From IMG/VR virus record IMGVR_UViG_3300042975_000096: 64,000 bases of DNA; one strand, written 5' to 3'. Below the pieces are notes generated by a model. It saw nothing but the letters and a program-made list of their open reading frames with translations, ran no database searches and was not told the DNA's origin. Numbering within the stretch: the first letter of the stretch is position 1; each line of letters begins with the position of its first letter. Made by a program: the position numbers and the translations under genes. The DNA is from a virus. Taxonomy: Duplodnaviria > Caudoviricetes. This document shows, one piece after another, positions 10,253-20,571 of this stretch.

Positions 10253-12166
10253 TTAGTTATTAAGGTAATTAATTAAATCATTTTCATTCATAATGGTTAT
10301 TTTTAATTCCCTCGCTTTTTTGGCTTTCGATGAATTTGAATCAGGATTATCAGTTACTAATGCAAATGTTGATTTACTAATAGCACTAGCCACTTTATCT
10401 CCATTATCTTCAATTAGTTTCTTAAAATAACTTCTAGGATGAGATAGTTCTCCTGTAATTACAAAACTATTTGATGTTTTATCATACTTCTTTATATTTA
10501 CATCAATAGGTGTTATATATTTTTTTAACTCCTTATATGCAGATATAAATTTATCCGATGTTAATTTCTCTGCATATGTTTTTCCTATACCTTTTATTTC
10601 AACAAATTCATTTACATTCTTTTTTTCTAAGGCTAATAATAGATTGGTATAGTTCATGTATTTATTGGCAAGCATATTTCCAACATCTTCACCGATACCT
10701 ATAACGCCACATGAAGCAATGAATTTGTTCAAAGGAACATCTTTTCGCGAACCTTGTATTGACTCGTATGTTGATTTTGATTTCTTATCTGAAAATCCTT
10801 CCAGCTCTTTAAAATCTTCAATAACTAAATTAAACATATCCGTAATACAATTTACCTTACCTTGATTGATTAGTTTTTCAATTGCTTTTATACTTAATCC
10901 TTTTGCGTTAAGACATTTCTTTGAAAACACATAATTAATATTTGCAATTAATTTTCCTTGACAATTTGGATTATCACAATACAACTCAAAACCGTTTTGC
11001 TTATCAGATATTCCTTTAGTATTGATTAACATTCGTTTCTTTAATGGTTCATGACAAGAAGGGCATGTGGTTGGAGGTTTTAGCTCATAGCCATTTTCGT
11101 TATGCTTAATAACGTTTGCAATATGAGGGATGATTTGATTCCTTTTTTCAACAAGGATTGTATCTCCAATCATTAGTCCCAAACTTTTAATGATTGCCCA
11201 ATTACTTAATGATGCTTCTTGAACTAATGTTCCATCAATAATTACACCTTCAAATTTGGCAACGGGAGAAATTATTTCACGTCCTACACTCCAATTTACT
11301 TGTTTTAATGTAGTAACGTGTTGTTCCTCTTGTGATTTCCATGCAAAAGCATTTAATGGATGGTGTCTTGTTGACCCAAATTTTTTTAAGCTTCCATCAA
11401 TATTAGATTTGATTACAACGCCATCAATGGGAATGTCCTGTTTCGTATTCTCTTTGTAAAATTCAGGAATAAAATCTTCTGCATCTTTATCTTTAATAAC
11501 ATAATTAATTGTATCAAAACAGGTATGAGATTTAATATAATTCAATTTATTTTCTTCTGATAAATCCAATCCAATTACATCATATGCAATAAATTTAATG
11601 TAATTGATATATGGATTATCATCCAATCGTCTTAAAATGCCACTAGCAGCATTTCTTTCGTTTGCAAATAATTCTAATCCTTGTTCTTTTCTTTCTGCAT
11701 TGATTTTTATTAATGCGCTTTTTGGTAAAAATGCTTCTCCGCGAATAGGATATTCTGAATTATTTTCTCCCATATATTGTTTTGGAAATTTATTTAATAT
11801 TTCACCCTCTGTACCGTTTCCGCGAGTTACAAACATTGATTTTTTGTTTTTTGGATAAACAACAATTGTTAATCCATCAATTTTCTTTTCAATTGCTACA
11901 GGATATAATTTATTTAACATTTTGTGCAATTTATTTGTATCAGAATGTTTAACTTTATCTAATGAGTTCATATTTGCCGTATGCGTGAATGGTTTCAAAC
12001 TTTCTACACGTTTTCCTGCAACAAAGTTTAAATCGCATTCTCCATACAAATCAATATAATCATAGTACAAATTATCATATTCCAAATCAGACATAATTGG
12101 ATTATCCAATTCATAATAAGCTTTGTTTGCATCTTTGATTAATTGTAAATGTTCATTCTTTGTCAT
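10253..12166 (-). CDS. ligA: NAD-dependent DNA ligase
   Basis: AYY..D.P.MSD.EYD, M.SLDK, EKKIDG adenylation motif, TRGNG..GE, RGE, RNAASG, DGVVIK, CPSC/C..C Zn finger, HhH repeats, C-terminal BRCT; start moved to the RBS-preceded ATG at 12166. Confidence 0.97.
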   Translation of the reverse strand: MTKNEHLQLIKDANKAYYELDNPIMSDLEYDNLYYDYIDLYGECDLNFVAGKRVESLKPFTHTANMNSLDKVKHSDTNKLHKMLNKLYPVAIEKKIDGLTIVVYPKNKKSMFVTRGNGTEGEILNKFPKQYMGENNSEYPIRGEAFLPKSALIKINAERKEQGLELFANERNAASGILRRLDDNPYINYIKFIAYDVIGLDLSEENKLNYIKSHTCFDTINYVIKDKDAEDFIPEFYKENTKQDIPIDGVVIKSNIDGSLKKFGSTRHHPLNAFAWKSQEEQHVTTLKQVNWSVGREIISPVAKFEGVIIDGTLVQEASLSNWAIIKSLGLMIGDTILVEKRNQIIPHIANVIKHNENGYELKPPTTCPSCHEPLKKRMLINTKGISDKQNGFELYCDNPNCQGKLIANINYVFSKKCLNAKGLSIKAIEKLINQGKVNCITDMFNLVIEDFKELEGFSDKKSKSTYESIQGSRKDVPLNKFIASCGVIGIGEDVGNMLANKYMNYTNLLLALEKKNVNEFVEIKGIGKTYAEKLTSDKFISAYKELKKYITPIDVNIKKYDKTSNSFVITGELSHPRSYFKKLIEDNGDKVASAISKSTFALVTDNPDSNSSKAKKARELKITIMNENDLINYLNN

Positions 12167-12225
12167 TTTTTTTGCACCTCTCTTTAATAAATAATAACAT
12201 ATTTTTAGCAAAAAGTCAAATGTTA

Positions 12226-12259
12226 AAAAATTCGCTATGTTTTTTATAGCGAATTTTTT
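12226..12259. terminator. intrinsic (bidirectional-type) terminator
   Basis: AAAAAATTCGCTAT...ATAGCGAATTTTTT. Confidence 0.75.
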
Positions 12260-12260
12260 G

Positions 12261-12557
12261 TTAATATTTATATGGTATTTTGGTTATTACATGAAATCCT
12301 TTGATGGTTATTAAGGAACGATTAGTTGTACAATTTATTGGATGAACTAAAACTTCACAATCTTTGTTTATTTGTACAACTTGACCTTCCATAACCTCGC
12401 CGTTTCCCCATTTAAATAATATGAAATCATTCATTTTTATACCATGTAGTGCGTGTTTGCTTCTTAAGCATTCAATGAAATAATTACAAAATTTAACAAT
12501 ACACCACAGCACAATGATAATTAGAGCTATTAGTATGAGCAACATGAATGTATCCAT
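12261..12557 (-). CDS. membrane-anchored hypothetical protein
   Basis: N-terminal hydrophobic helix; RBS AAGGTGA. Confidence 0.75.
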   Translation of the reverse strand: MDTFMLLILIALIIIVLWCIVKFCNYFIECLRSKHALHGIKMNDFILFKWGNGEVMEGQVVQINKDCEVLVHPINCTTNRSLITIKGFHVITKIPYKY

Positions 12558-12569
12558 TTTAATTTCACC

Positions 12570-12743
12570 TTATTCAACCTTTAATTCATTTAAATGATTT
12601 TTGATAGATTCGGCTTCTTCTTTTGTATCGAATTTCCCCATCTCAGGTATTTTTAAATCACCTTTGCATAAAAGATATTTTCCATCCTCATCTTTAACAA
12701 CTGAAAAGTCATAATTTTGATAATCATCTACAATTTTACCCAT
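12570..12743 (-). CDS. small hypothetical protein
   Basis: RBS GGGGGA before MGKIVDD. Confidence 0.7.
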   Translation of the reverse strand: MGKIVDDYQNYDFSVVKDEDGKYLLCKGDLKIPEMGKFDTKEEAESIKNHLNELKVE

Positions 12744-12969
12744 AGTTAAATCCCCCTTAATCAAATTCCAATGGCTTTAAATATTTTGCTAATTGACCAT
12801 TACTTGAAACAAATACTAAATCGTTTTCAAGTAATTCATAATTGAAATATTTCTTGTATACCTGTGGCATAATACTGTTTTCTACACATTTAAACTCAAC
12901 ATTGCCATTATCCATTTTCTCTTTCATATTCATCATGTTCTTCTATGGCATTATCTAAGAAATCTTTGT

Positions 12970-13401
12970 TCATTTTTCTTTCTCCTTTTTCAATACCCAT
13001 TCTAATGTTTCTATTTTTATTGAATCTTCATTGATTGTTTTATCGAATTGTTTATCGTCAATTTCCCCATTGTCGATTTTCTTACAACAATCTTTCACTT
13101 CTTCTTTGAATTTGTTGATTTCTAGTTCAATTAATTCCTTGCTTTTTACTAATTCAGATAACTGCTTATAATGATTTGCTATATCTTCATTCTTTTTATC
13201 TACTGTTCTTAATCCAAAATGAAGTGTGCTACATGCATAAATCATGTTTAAAGATTGTATCGCTAATATAACATAACTGGAAGTAAATAAAAAAATACAA
13301 TAGGTTGGTTTGTCATTTCCAATACAAACTATTGCCATAACAAAAAATAAAACAGATATACTTATGAGAACTAAATTGATTCGATTCATTAATCTTATCA
13401 C
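12970..13401 (-). CDS. membrane protein (2 TM plus coiled coil)
   Basis: Two hydrophobic segments followed by a charged helix. Confidence 0.75.
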   Translation of the reverse strand: MIRLMNRINLVLISISVLFFVMAIVCIGNDKPTYCIFLFTSSYVILAIQSLNMIYACSTLHFGLRTVDKKNEDIANHYKQLSELVKSKELIELEINKFKEEVKDCCKKIDNGEIDDKQFDKTINEDSIKIETLEWVLKKEKEK

Positions 13402-13418
13402 TCATCATCCATCCTTTT

Positions 13419-13661
13419 TTATTTATTTTGTTGCAAATGATATAATCTTATAACCAACAAAAATCCATATAACAACGTAGCAAGACAAACAAACTCATTC
13501 ATGTTTATTAAATATGAATGAAATATTTGCAAAAATAACATTGGTAACATGGAACAACAGCCAATAACAAATAATTTAATTATTGATAAAATGAGCATTA
13601 TTACTACAGCCACATAAGCATCTGTTATGGTTGTGAATATTTCTTTAATAACATTTTTCAT
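13419..13661 (-). CDS. small membrane protein
   Basis: Hydrophobic; C-terminus similar to 14097..14390. Confidence 0.7.
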   Translation of the reverse strand: MKNVIKEIFTTITDAYVAVVIMLILSIIKLFVIGCCSMLPMLFLQIFHSYLINMNEFVCLATLLYGFLLVIRLYHLQQNK

Positions 13662-13663
13662 TT

Positions 13664-14086
13664 TTATCCTTTCATTGACAATAAACTAGAGTTTTCATGG
13701 GAATTACCAATTACCTCAATAATTTCTAGGCTTTCAGCAATCAGAGCATCATCATCGCCCCATGTCCAACCACCAATTTTATCATTCCAAATTACAACAT
13801 TGATTAATTGACCAACATCATAACCATACGAATTATCTAAAATAATATCATTCTCATATATTTTATTACCTTTTTTATCACAAAATCCCGTATATTGTCC
13901 AATTGTTTTTGGGTCAATTAATACAGGTTCGTCTGTTGGGTCGTAGTATGAAAGATGATGACCATCAGCACTGAAAAATTTAGGTTCAATAATATATTTA
14001 TTGTTGTTTTCATCTGTAATTAAATTACCATAAACCCATGTCTTTTTGTTAATATTGAATCCTCTAAATTCAATTCTTCTCATCAT
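13664..14086 (-). CDS. YopX family protein
   Basis: IEFRG...WVYGNL...TIGQYTG..DKKG.KIYE.DI...EVIGN.HEN..LL signature. Confidence 0.92.
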   Translation of the reverse strand: MMRRIEFRGFNINKKTWVYGNLITDENNNKYIIEPKFFSADGHHLSYYDPTDEPVLIDPKTIGQYTGFCDKKGNKIYENDIILDNSYGYDVGQLINVVIWNDKIGGWTWGDDDALIAESLEIIEVIGNSHENSSLLSMKG

Positions 14087-14096
14087 CTTACACCCC

Positions 14097-14390
14097 TTAG
14101 TTGTTCTTTTGTATAATATAAATACGCAATATTAACAATAAACCATATACAAGTAACAAAACATACATAAGTTGCTCTATTATAATGTTATAAATCCCAT
14201 ATGTATGAATTGTATTTGTATTGCCATTTTCAACAAGACGTTTTATTACATATACATTTAATGATTTAATACTATAATTTATAATAAAAAACCATACTGC
14301 AAATTTAACTTTTGTTACCGCCAATGTCAACTTAAATGTTTGTTTTTTTAATTCTTTCAAAAATAAATTTTTATCGAACAAATAATTCAC
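14097..14390 (-). CDS. small membrane protein
   Basis: Hydrophobic segments; LLVYGLLLILRIY resembles the 13419 paralog. Confidence 0.65.
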   Translation of the reverse strand: MNYLFDKNLFLKELKKQTFKLTLAVTKVKFAVWFFIINYSIKSLNVYVIKRLVENGNTNTIHTYGIYNIIIEQLMYVLLLVYGLLLILRIYIIQKNN

Positions 14391-14785
14391 TCCCGTTTAT
14401 TCCATATTTTTATGGCTTCTTTTGTTATTGTATGCATTGTCTGCGGATTTATTTTACAGTTAAAATTTCCACATTTAATTCTACAATATTCATTACCTTC
14501 TGCATCAAGTGTTACATCTTCCTTGATAGGTTCTGACCCACAAAACGGGCATTTTTTTATTTGTCTTTTTTTTGGCAATTCACTTACCAAAAAAGATAAA
14601 TTTAATTTATTTTTCAAAAAACGTATAACCAACCCACAAAACGAAATTGTGGCAATCCATATTCCTGCAATAAAAACGAAACTCATTGGCTCTATTATCG
14701 GTTTTGCAAGACCAAACGGCGCAACCATATAATAGAATAATGGAAATACAACCAAAAATAAACCAAACATAAATAATGAGGTCAA
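14387..14785 (-). CDS. membrane protein with a Lar (restriction alleviation)-like Zn-finger domain
   Basis: Two N-terminal TM helices, then KKCPFCG...C....C..NP.T...EAIKIWNKR. Confidence 0.7.
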   Translation of the reverse strand: MTSLFMFGLFLVVFPLFYYMVAPFGLAKPIIEPMSFVFIAGIWIATISFCGLVIRFLKNKLNLSFLVSELPKKRQIKKCPFCGSEPIKEDVTLDAEGNEYCRIKCGNFNCKINPQTMHTITKEAIKIWNKRE

Positions 14786-14798
14786 TTCAATTCCTTCT

Positions 14799-15170
14799 TT
14801 AATCTAATTTTCCCATCATGAACTGATAATATATATTCCTATAATTGAATTCCGATAACCACTGAATGAAATGTTCTCGAATGGGCCAGAAATACCTAGA
14901 TTCATCCATGGTTAGTTTTTTCATCTCTCCAAGTTCACTATAAGCTAAGTCTTTCAGCATCTTGTATTTATTGGGAGCATTCATCATAAATTCCCAATTT
15001 ACCTCTACGTTTATTTTCTTCGTTTTTGCCGTTTTAGTATTACAAACCACACAACGTGCATGAACAATAAAATTTTTATCAATCGTTAACTCAATGATAC
15101 TCGTTACTTTTCCTGATTTTCCTTCTCCGATTAATTGAGTAATATCATTTTCAAATTTTTTATTATACAT
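14799..15170 (-). CDS. hypothetical protein
   Basis: ORF with RBS; ends QFMMGKLD (possible degenerate tail). Confidence 0.75.
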   Translation of the reverse strand: MYNKKFENDITQLIGEGKSGKVTSIIELTIDKNFIVHARCVVCNTKTAKTKKINVEVNWEFMMNAPNKYKMLKDLAYSELGEMKKLTMDESRYFWPIREHFIQWLSEFNYRNIYYQFMMGKLD

Positions 15171-15193
15171 TATATTTTGCCTCTAAATATTTT

Positions 15194-15403
15194 TTATCGT
15201 CTTGCTACTACAATCATAAACATGGTGCTTAAAAGAAATAGAATAACCATTCCGCAAAACATCAATCCAATAAAAAACATATTGTGTGCCATATATAACT
15301 CGGCTGAAGGATAGATTATAAATCTACCGATAAATGGCGAAACAGATAGCATAACTCCTGCTACATAGGCAATTAATGATACAATCTTAATAAAAACATT
15401 CAT
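15194..15403 (-). CDS. small 2-TM membrane protein
   Basis: Hydrophobic; RBS AGGAG. Confidence 0.75.
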   Translation of the reverse strand: MNVFIKIVSLIAYVAGVMLSVSPFIGRFIIYPSAELYMAHNMFFIGLMFCGMVILFLLSTMFMIVVARR

Positions 15404-15542
15404 AATAATTCTCCTTTTTTAATAACATTTTTCAGGTTTTTGTTTTCTTACAATATAGATATTATACAACATAATATCTATATTGTCAACACTTTTTTTC
15501 AAAAAAACATTAATGAACTCATATTTTATAACGTTTATTCAG

Positions 15543-16049
15543 TTATACTCCAAAAGTGTTGAAAAATTTGCGCCTTACATTATAAATCAATCGTCCTTCG
15601 TTAATATCTTTCATTAAATGCGTTCTTACAGTTTTTGCAACAGTATACATTCGCGCATAAAACTTTTCTGTCATTCTTTTTGTCAGAGTAATCGAATCAA
15701 TAAAAATATAATCCCTTAATGATTCGGAAATAAATGGAACTAGAGCATCTTCTTTCATCTTAAATAATTGAAATTTATCAACTTCACGTCTGCCCTCAAA
15801 TTTATATTTACATACTTTATCATCTTTCCATGTATTAATTAACCCATTTACTATAAAACTTGATTCATTGAATTTTAAATAAATACTATATATGTATTTT
15901 ACATCCGATTGATAAATTGTGTTTTTTATATATATAACATATCCTTCTTTGGTTTTTTTCACTCCATGTGTGCAATGGGGAAAATATTGTACAATAATAC
16001 CATGTTTATTTTCCTTTAATGTGTCTGACATTTCATTCTCACCTCTCAA
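15543..16049 (-). CDS. FxxxG[ILV]-tail family protein
   Basis: Ends KFFNTFGV; distantly similar to 16090..16584; true start may be the ATG at 16031. Confidence 0.85.
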   Translation of the reverse strand: MRGENEMSDTLKENKHGIIVQYFPHCTHGVKKTKEGYVIYIKNTIYQSDVKYIYSIYLKFNESSFIVNGLINTWKDDKVCKYKFEGRREVDKFQLFKMKEDALVPFISESLRDYIFIDSITLTKRMTEKFYARMYTVAKTVRTHLMKDINEGRLIYNVRRKFFNTFGV

Positions 16050-16089
16050 TTTATATTATATCATATAATTGATATATTGTCAACACTTT

Positions 16090-16584
16090 TCAAATTCCAT
16101 ATTTTTTAATAAATTCGCTTTTAGCAACATTTATTAGATTTTTCCCCTTAATGTTTTTTATTAAATCTTGTTTTATTAAACCAATAAGAAAACACATTCT
16201 ACTGATTTCTTGCTCAGTCATTTTTGTCGGCATCATATTTTTTATTTCTATATCTTCATAGAATGAATGTTCTATGTTTTTTATTAATTCTGAAGACGTT
16301 AGTCTATATGGATTTTTATTTCCTTTCATCAATCTAGTTCCTTCAATTTTATATATAATGCTTTGATTATCCGTTAATTCTCCTTTTGTATCAAACAGTG
16401 AACATCCACCACTAAATGTTAATGCCGTAGTGCTTAGTTGAATTTCATAACGATATCTTAATTCTATGCTTTTTTTAATAATTCTATTATACAATTCAAT
16501 TTTAATAATTGTAATATTACTAAAATAACCTCCGTTTAATGTTGAGAATTTTATGTTTGATTCAAATTCACTAGTATGCTTCAT
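16090..16584 (-). CDS. G[ILV]-tail family protein
   Basis: Ends EFIKKYGI. Confidence 0.85.
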   Translation of the reverse strand: MKHTSEFESNIKFSTLNGGYFSNITIIKIELYNRIIKKSIELRYRYEIQLSTTALTFSGGCSLFDTKGELTDNQSIIYKIEGTRLMKGNKNPYRLTSSELIKNIEHSFYEDIEIKNMMPTKMTEQEISRMCFLIGLIKQDLIKNIKGKNLINVAKSEFIKKYGI

Positions 16585-16599
16585 GATTATCCCCTTCTT

Positions 16600-17067
16600 T
16601 TAAATTCCATACGCAAGGAATTTATAATGTAAATATTCTTTTATTGCAGAATCACTTTCAAACATTTTTTCTATCTGGTTGATTATGAAATCTTCAGCAT
16701 TCATTATTTCTATTGCTGAATTAACACGTGCTATTTCTATGCAATTTTCAGAAGAAATTAATTGATTTCCTGTATGTACAGGAATTATTTTTTCTTTTTT
16801 TAAAAAATGTATTTTTGGAAAAACCATATCTGTAGAAGATAAAACTATTTTTGACCCCTTGATAACAAAATCAATAACATTTATTTTGATAACATCCTCT
16901 AAATTATATATGTCAAATTTTTCCATACTCGTTGAAACTGATGATAAACTGCATCGAAGTATTCCTGCATAATAATCATTATCAATAACTATACGGAATT
17001 TATCTTTTGGCTTTATAAAATTGTTATCACAAATAGAATTTTTATTTAGCCTTACTCTAGTTATCAT
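16600..17067 (-). CDS. FxxxG[ILV]-tail family protein, subfamily A
   Basis: Ends IKEYLHYKFLAYGI; paralog of 19698 and 21163. Confidence 0.85.
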   Translation of the reverse strand: MITRVRLNKNSICDNNFIKPKDKFRIVIDNDYYAGILRCSLSSVSTSMEKFDIYNLEDVIKINVIDFVIKGSKIVLSSTDMVFPKIHFLKKEKIIPVHTGNQLISSENCIEIARVNSAIEIMNAEDFIINQIEKMFESDSAIKEYLHYKFLAYGI

Positions 17068-17069
17068 TT

Positions 17070-17600
17070 TTATATACCTCTTATTTTAAATATGTTTTTC
17101 TTAATATGACCAAATAATTCTTCGCTATTATTAATAAAAATAAACATATTTTGAATTTCTCTATATGCATATTCTAAACATTCTTTGCTTATTTCATTTT
17201 TTGCTTCATGATTGTCATTTAAATAATTGGAATATTGAACGCTTTTTTTTGATTCATTAATACGCTTATTCAAATAATTTTTGAATCGGTTTTTGTATTC
17301 TTCTTCTGTTTCTGTTTCCACTTTCCAAACATCAGTTGCATCTACTTTTATTTGATATTTATAATTGCTATCATCTTCATTAACAAGATTGTATGCATGT
17401 AAACTGAAATTGATATAAGGATTTGTCTTATTAATACCTAGTAGCCAATCAACATCATCAGCAAAACAAGTATAAGTTGTCATCCTAGTGTATAATTGAA
17501 TATTATCTTTTCCAATTTCTTGATTGTTAGGGAAAATTAAAAAATGCATATCTGTATTTGTTTCTTTTAATATGCGTATTTTGAATTTATTTGCATACAT
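17070..17600 (-). CDS. FxxxG[ILV]-tail family protein
   Basis: Ends NIFKIRGI. Confidence 0.85.
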   Translation of the reverse strand: MYANKFKIRILKETNTDMHFLIFPNNQEIGKDNIQLYTRMTTYTCFADDVDWLLGINKTNPYINFSLHAYNLVNEDDSNYKYQIKVDATDVWKVETETEEEYKNRFKNYLNKRINESKKSVQYSNYLNDNHEAKNEISKECLEYAYREIQNMFIFINNSEELFGHIKKNIFKIRGI

Positions 17601-17604
17601 ATGT

Positions 17605-18042
17605 TTATATCCCCTTTATCATGAAACTCTTTCGTTTCATTGTTTGTACGATTTTATCTTCATATACAATTTTAATTACTTCTTGTTTTTCAGATATTAT
17701 CTTTTTTGAAATTGATTCTCGTAAATGTTTTGGTTCTAATGATTTTAATAATAAATGTGATTCAAAAGATAAATCGGATGCTTTAATTAAATTTTCTATT
17801 TCTTTTTCTGTTACATTATTCGTTCCTTTGTTTGACATCGCATATTCTAATTTTAATTCTATATCTTTACTAAAAATACTTTTGCCAAAAACTCTCAATG
17901 TGATTATCATTATCATACAAATCCAAGTGTTATTAATTCCAATATAACATACAACATCTTCATTAAAATCATCATAAGTTATTTTTGTTGTCATAACATT
18001 TTTATTGCGTGTGACATTATATGTTATATTTTTATTTCGCAT
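17605..18042 (-). CDS. FxxxG[ILV]-tail family protein
   Basis: Ends KSFMIKGI. Confidence 0.85.
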   Translation of the reverse strand: MRNKNITYNVTRNKNVMTTKITYDDFNEDVVCYIGINNTWICMIMIITLRVFGKSIFSKDIELKLEYAMSNKGTNNVTEKEIENLIKASDLSFESHLLLKSLEPKHLRESISKKIISEKQEVIKIVYEDKIVQTMKRKSFMIKGI

Positions 18043-18063
18043 TTAATAATACCTTCTTTGAAA

Positions 18064-18573
18064 TTATAGTCCTTCTCTTAAAAATATCTTTTTTTGTATT
18101 TCTCTATTAACAATTTCAGAAAACATTGCCACATTTAATACTTGTTTAATATTATCATGTAATAACATATATACTGTACTTGATTTATCAGTTTCTTTAC
18201 TTTTTGTTTCGTAATCTGAACGATAAATTAACGATTCGCAATCATTAATCATAGTATCTACTTGCCATGAAAAATGAGCTTTACAAGCATTACAATCTAA
18301 GTAGTTTTTGATTATTTGCTTATCATATGTCATTAATTCAATCCCTCGCAAAGGATATGCTTTATTCTGTATCCCTTGTTTTATCATTGTTAAATCGCAT
18401 TTTACATATGACATCGTTATACGTGTAATTAGATGAAATTCTTCTATCACTTCTACATTAAAATTAATGTGTCCACTACACCATTCATTTGAAAACATGA
18501 CTTTAAAATTAAATCTAGCAAAATAATCATGAATATTTGTTTTTGAATCTTCAGGCATTATTTTTAATATCAT
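18064..18573 (-). CDS. FxxxG[ILV]-tail family protein
   Basis: Ends KIFLREGL. Confidence 0.85.
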   Translation of the reverse strand: MILKIMPEDSKTNIHDYFARFNFKVMFSNEWCSGHINFNVEVIEEFHLITRITMSYVKCDLTMIKQGIQNKAYPLRGIELMTYDKQIIKNYLDCNACKAHFSWQVDTMINDCESLIYRSDYETKSKETDKSSTVYMLLHDNIKQVLNVAMFSEIVNREIQKKIFLREGL

Positions 18574-18574
18574 A

Positions 18575-19072
18575 TTATAATCCTCGAATGTTAAATTCCT
18601 TTTTCCTTATAATCGTTTGTATACAATCATTTTGATAAAAATCAGTTAACATGTCTTTTGTTCTATAAAATGCGTTCCTTGCTAAACGCTTGTTTTTTGT
18701 TTTCTTATATCCTATATAAGAACGAAAAAAGCTATCGATTTTATCATTAATCATTATTTTTGATATATGTCTCCTACGTTCGTCTGTATCATTCCGAAGA
18801 AATGAAAAAAATAATGTCGTATTTGTTGAAAATGCTGTTGTTGAATAATATGATTTCGGCTCATATTCTGTTTTAATAGTAATTTGTGTGCTCGTATTAT
18901 CGATTTTTATAACTACTGAAGCTTTCAACTTTGAATCATCCAAACTAATTAAAGTTAATCTTGTATATCCATAGTCTTCATATTCTGTGTTTATCTTAAA
19001 ACAGCCGTTTTTCATTTCTTTCACCTCTAAGCATACTTCTCTATAATTAAAATGATACCACATTTTTTTCAT
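18575..19072 (-). CDS. FxxxG[ILV]-tail family protein, subfamily C
   Basis: Ends KEFNIRGL; LFFS..ND..ERR shared with 20572. Confidence 0.85.
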   Translation of the reverse strand: MKKMWYHFNYREVCLEVKEMKNGCFKINTEYEDYGYTRLTLISLDDSKLKASVVIKIDNTSTQITIKTEYEPKSYYSTTAFSTNTTLFFSFLRNDTDERRRHISKIMINDKIDSFFRSYIGYKKTKNKRLARNAFYRTKDMLTDFYQNDCIQTIIRKKEFNIRGL

Positions 19073-19116
19073 TTTGTCAATGATTTTTAAAATATGGTAT
19101 CATTTTTGCTTCTATA

Positions 19117-19695
19117 TTAAATTGCTTCTTTAAAAAAGATTCTATGTTTCACGGTTTCAACTATTTTCTTGTTTTCAAATAAATCAATCAGCATTAGTTT
19201 TATGGTTTTTATGTCATTATTGATTTCATCTTCTTTCTTATTAAAATAATAATAGTCTTCATTCATTCTTCTTTCGCTTATTTTTGTTTGTGCTATGTTT
19301 TTAATGGTATCAATAATATGATTGTTCGTTAGTTCACTGTCATAATGATTATCATTCGTAAATGTTAATAAAAGCGGACTCATATCATTTAAGTCTACAT
19401 TATACCATTCTCGCTCTTGTTCATGATAAATTAGTTCATAATTTAAAAATATTTTGAATCGATTACGACTAATTAATATAGGACAAAAAAATGAACTATA
19501 TCTTGCAGTTCCTTCTATATTCATAACTAATTCTTTGCATAAATCTTTCGCAAAATGATTTGATTTGTCATTAACATAATAATCATGTAATGAAAAATCA
19601 GGTTCTTCATATCCACTATCAAAATGTATTAATATGTCATAATCTTTCGCAGCTAATGTAATGTTGTTATTCATGTTCATCATGTTCAATACCAC
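19117..19695 (-). CDS. FxxxA[IL]-tail variant family protein
   Basis: Ends RIFFKEAI. Confidence 0.8.
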   Translation of the reverse strand: MVLNMMNMNNNITLAAKDYDILIHFDSGYEEPDFSLHDYYVNDKSNHFAKDLCKELVMNIEGTARYSSFFCPILISRNRFKIFLNYELIYHEQEREWYNVDLNDMSPLLLTFTNDNHYDSELTNNHIIDTIKNIAQTKISERRMNEDYYYFNKKEDEINNDIKTIKLMLIDLFENKKIVETVKHRIFFKEAI

Positions 19696-19697
19696 CT

Positions 19698-20111
19698 TTA
19701 TAATCCATATCTTAAAAATTTATAATGTAAATATTCATTTATACTAGATTCTTTCCCAAATATACTTGCAATAAGTGCTGTGATTTCAATTTTAGCACGA
19801 ATACCTACATCTATATGCGATTCTTTTGAAACAGTCTTCTTTGATAATTCAAAAAAGCTTTTTCTCATAAATTTAAATCTAGGAAATACTTGACCTGCAT
19901 ATAAAAACGCCTGTTCCTTTCTTAAATAAAATGCGTTTTTATCTATCGTAATGGTTAATTCATCATCTTTAGTGAAAATATCATCGCTTGGCTTTAATAT
20001 GCATTCAATTCCTCCTAAATATAATGAATCATTGACTGTAATGAAAAATTTACTGTAGGGACTTATTTTTTTATGACCTTTTAAAGGAATTATTTTTACT
20101 GATTTAATCAT
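19698..20111 (-). CDS. FxxxG[ILV]-tail family protein, subfamily A
   Basis: Ends INEYLHYKFLRYGL. Confidence 0.85.
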   Translation of the reverse strand: MIKSVKIIPLKGHKKISPYSKFFITVNDSLYLGGIECILKPSDDIFTKDDELTITIDKNAFYLRKEQAFLYAGQVFPRFKFMRKSFFELSKKTVSKESHIDVGIRAKIEITALIASIFGKESSINEYLHYKFLRYGL

Positions 20112-20114
20112 TGT

Positions 20115-20570
20115 TTACAACCCCTTTAAATTAAATTCCTTTCGTTTGATTATATTCATTATCTTTTCGCCAATTATTTCATGATACAAACGACCTATTT
20201 CATCAAATGCTTGATTTGCAATGGCTTTATATTCAGTACGCGAAAATTTAGAGTTTACATAATGCTTTAATTCTAATGCATCATTTCCTAGCACCTTGTT
20301 AAATATATCATAATTATCATTGTCTCCATCACTTAATTCTAGCATTAATGTTGATATTTTGTTTAATAGATAATTGTTCTTGGACATTTCAAACTGATTC
20401 ATTACATGTATTTTAATGAAAATTCGATTGTATTCATATTTCTTATAATCATATGGATTTATAATTATAGTTATTCTTCCTACTAATTTGGGATGCTCTT
20501 TTGACTGCAATAATATCTCTATTTGCTTTTTATTATTGCTAAAAACATTCCAATCAAACGTTTCTTTCAT
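20115..20570 (-). CDS. FxxxG[ILV]-tail family protein, subfamily B
   Basis: Ends KEFNLKGL; paralog of 21597. Confidence 0.85.
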   Translation of the reverse strand: MKETFDWNVFSNNKKQIEILLQSKEHPKLVGRITIIINPYDYKKYEYNRIFIKIHVMNQFEMSKNNYLLNKISTLMLELSDGDNDNYDIFNKVLGNDALELKHYVNSKFSRTEYKAIANQAFDEIGRLYHEIIGEKIMNIIKRKEFNLKGL

Positions 20571-20571
20571 T

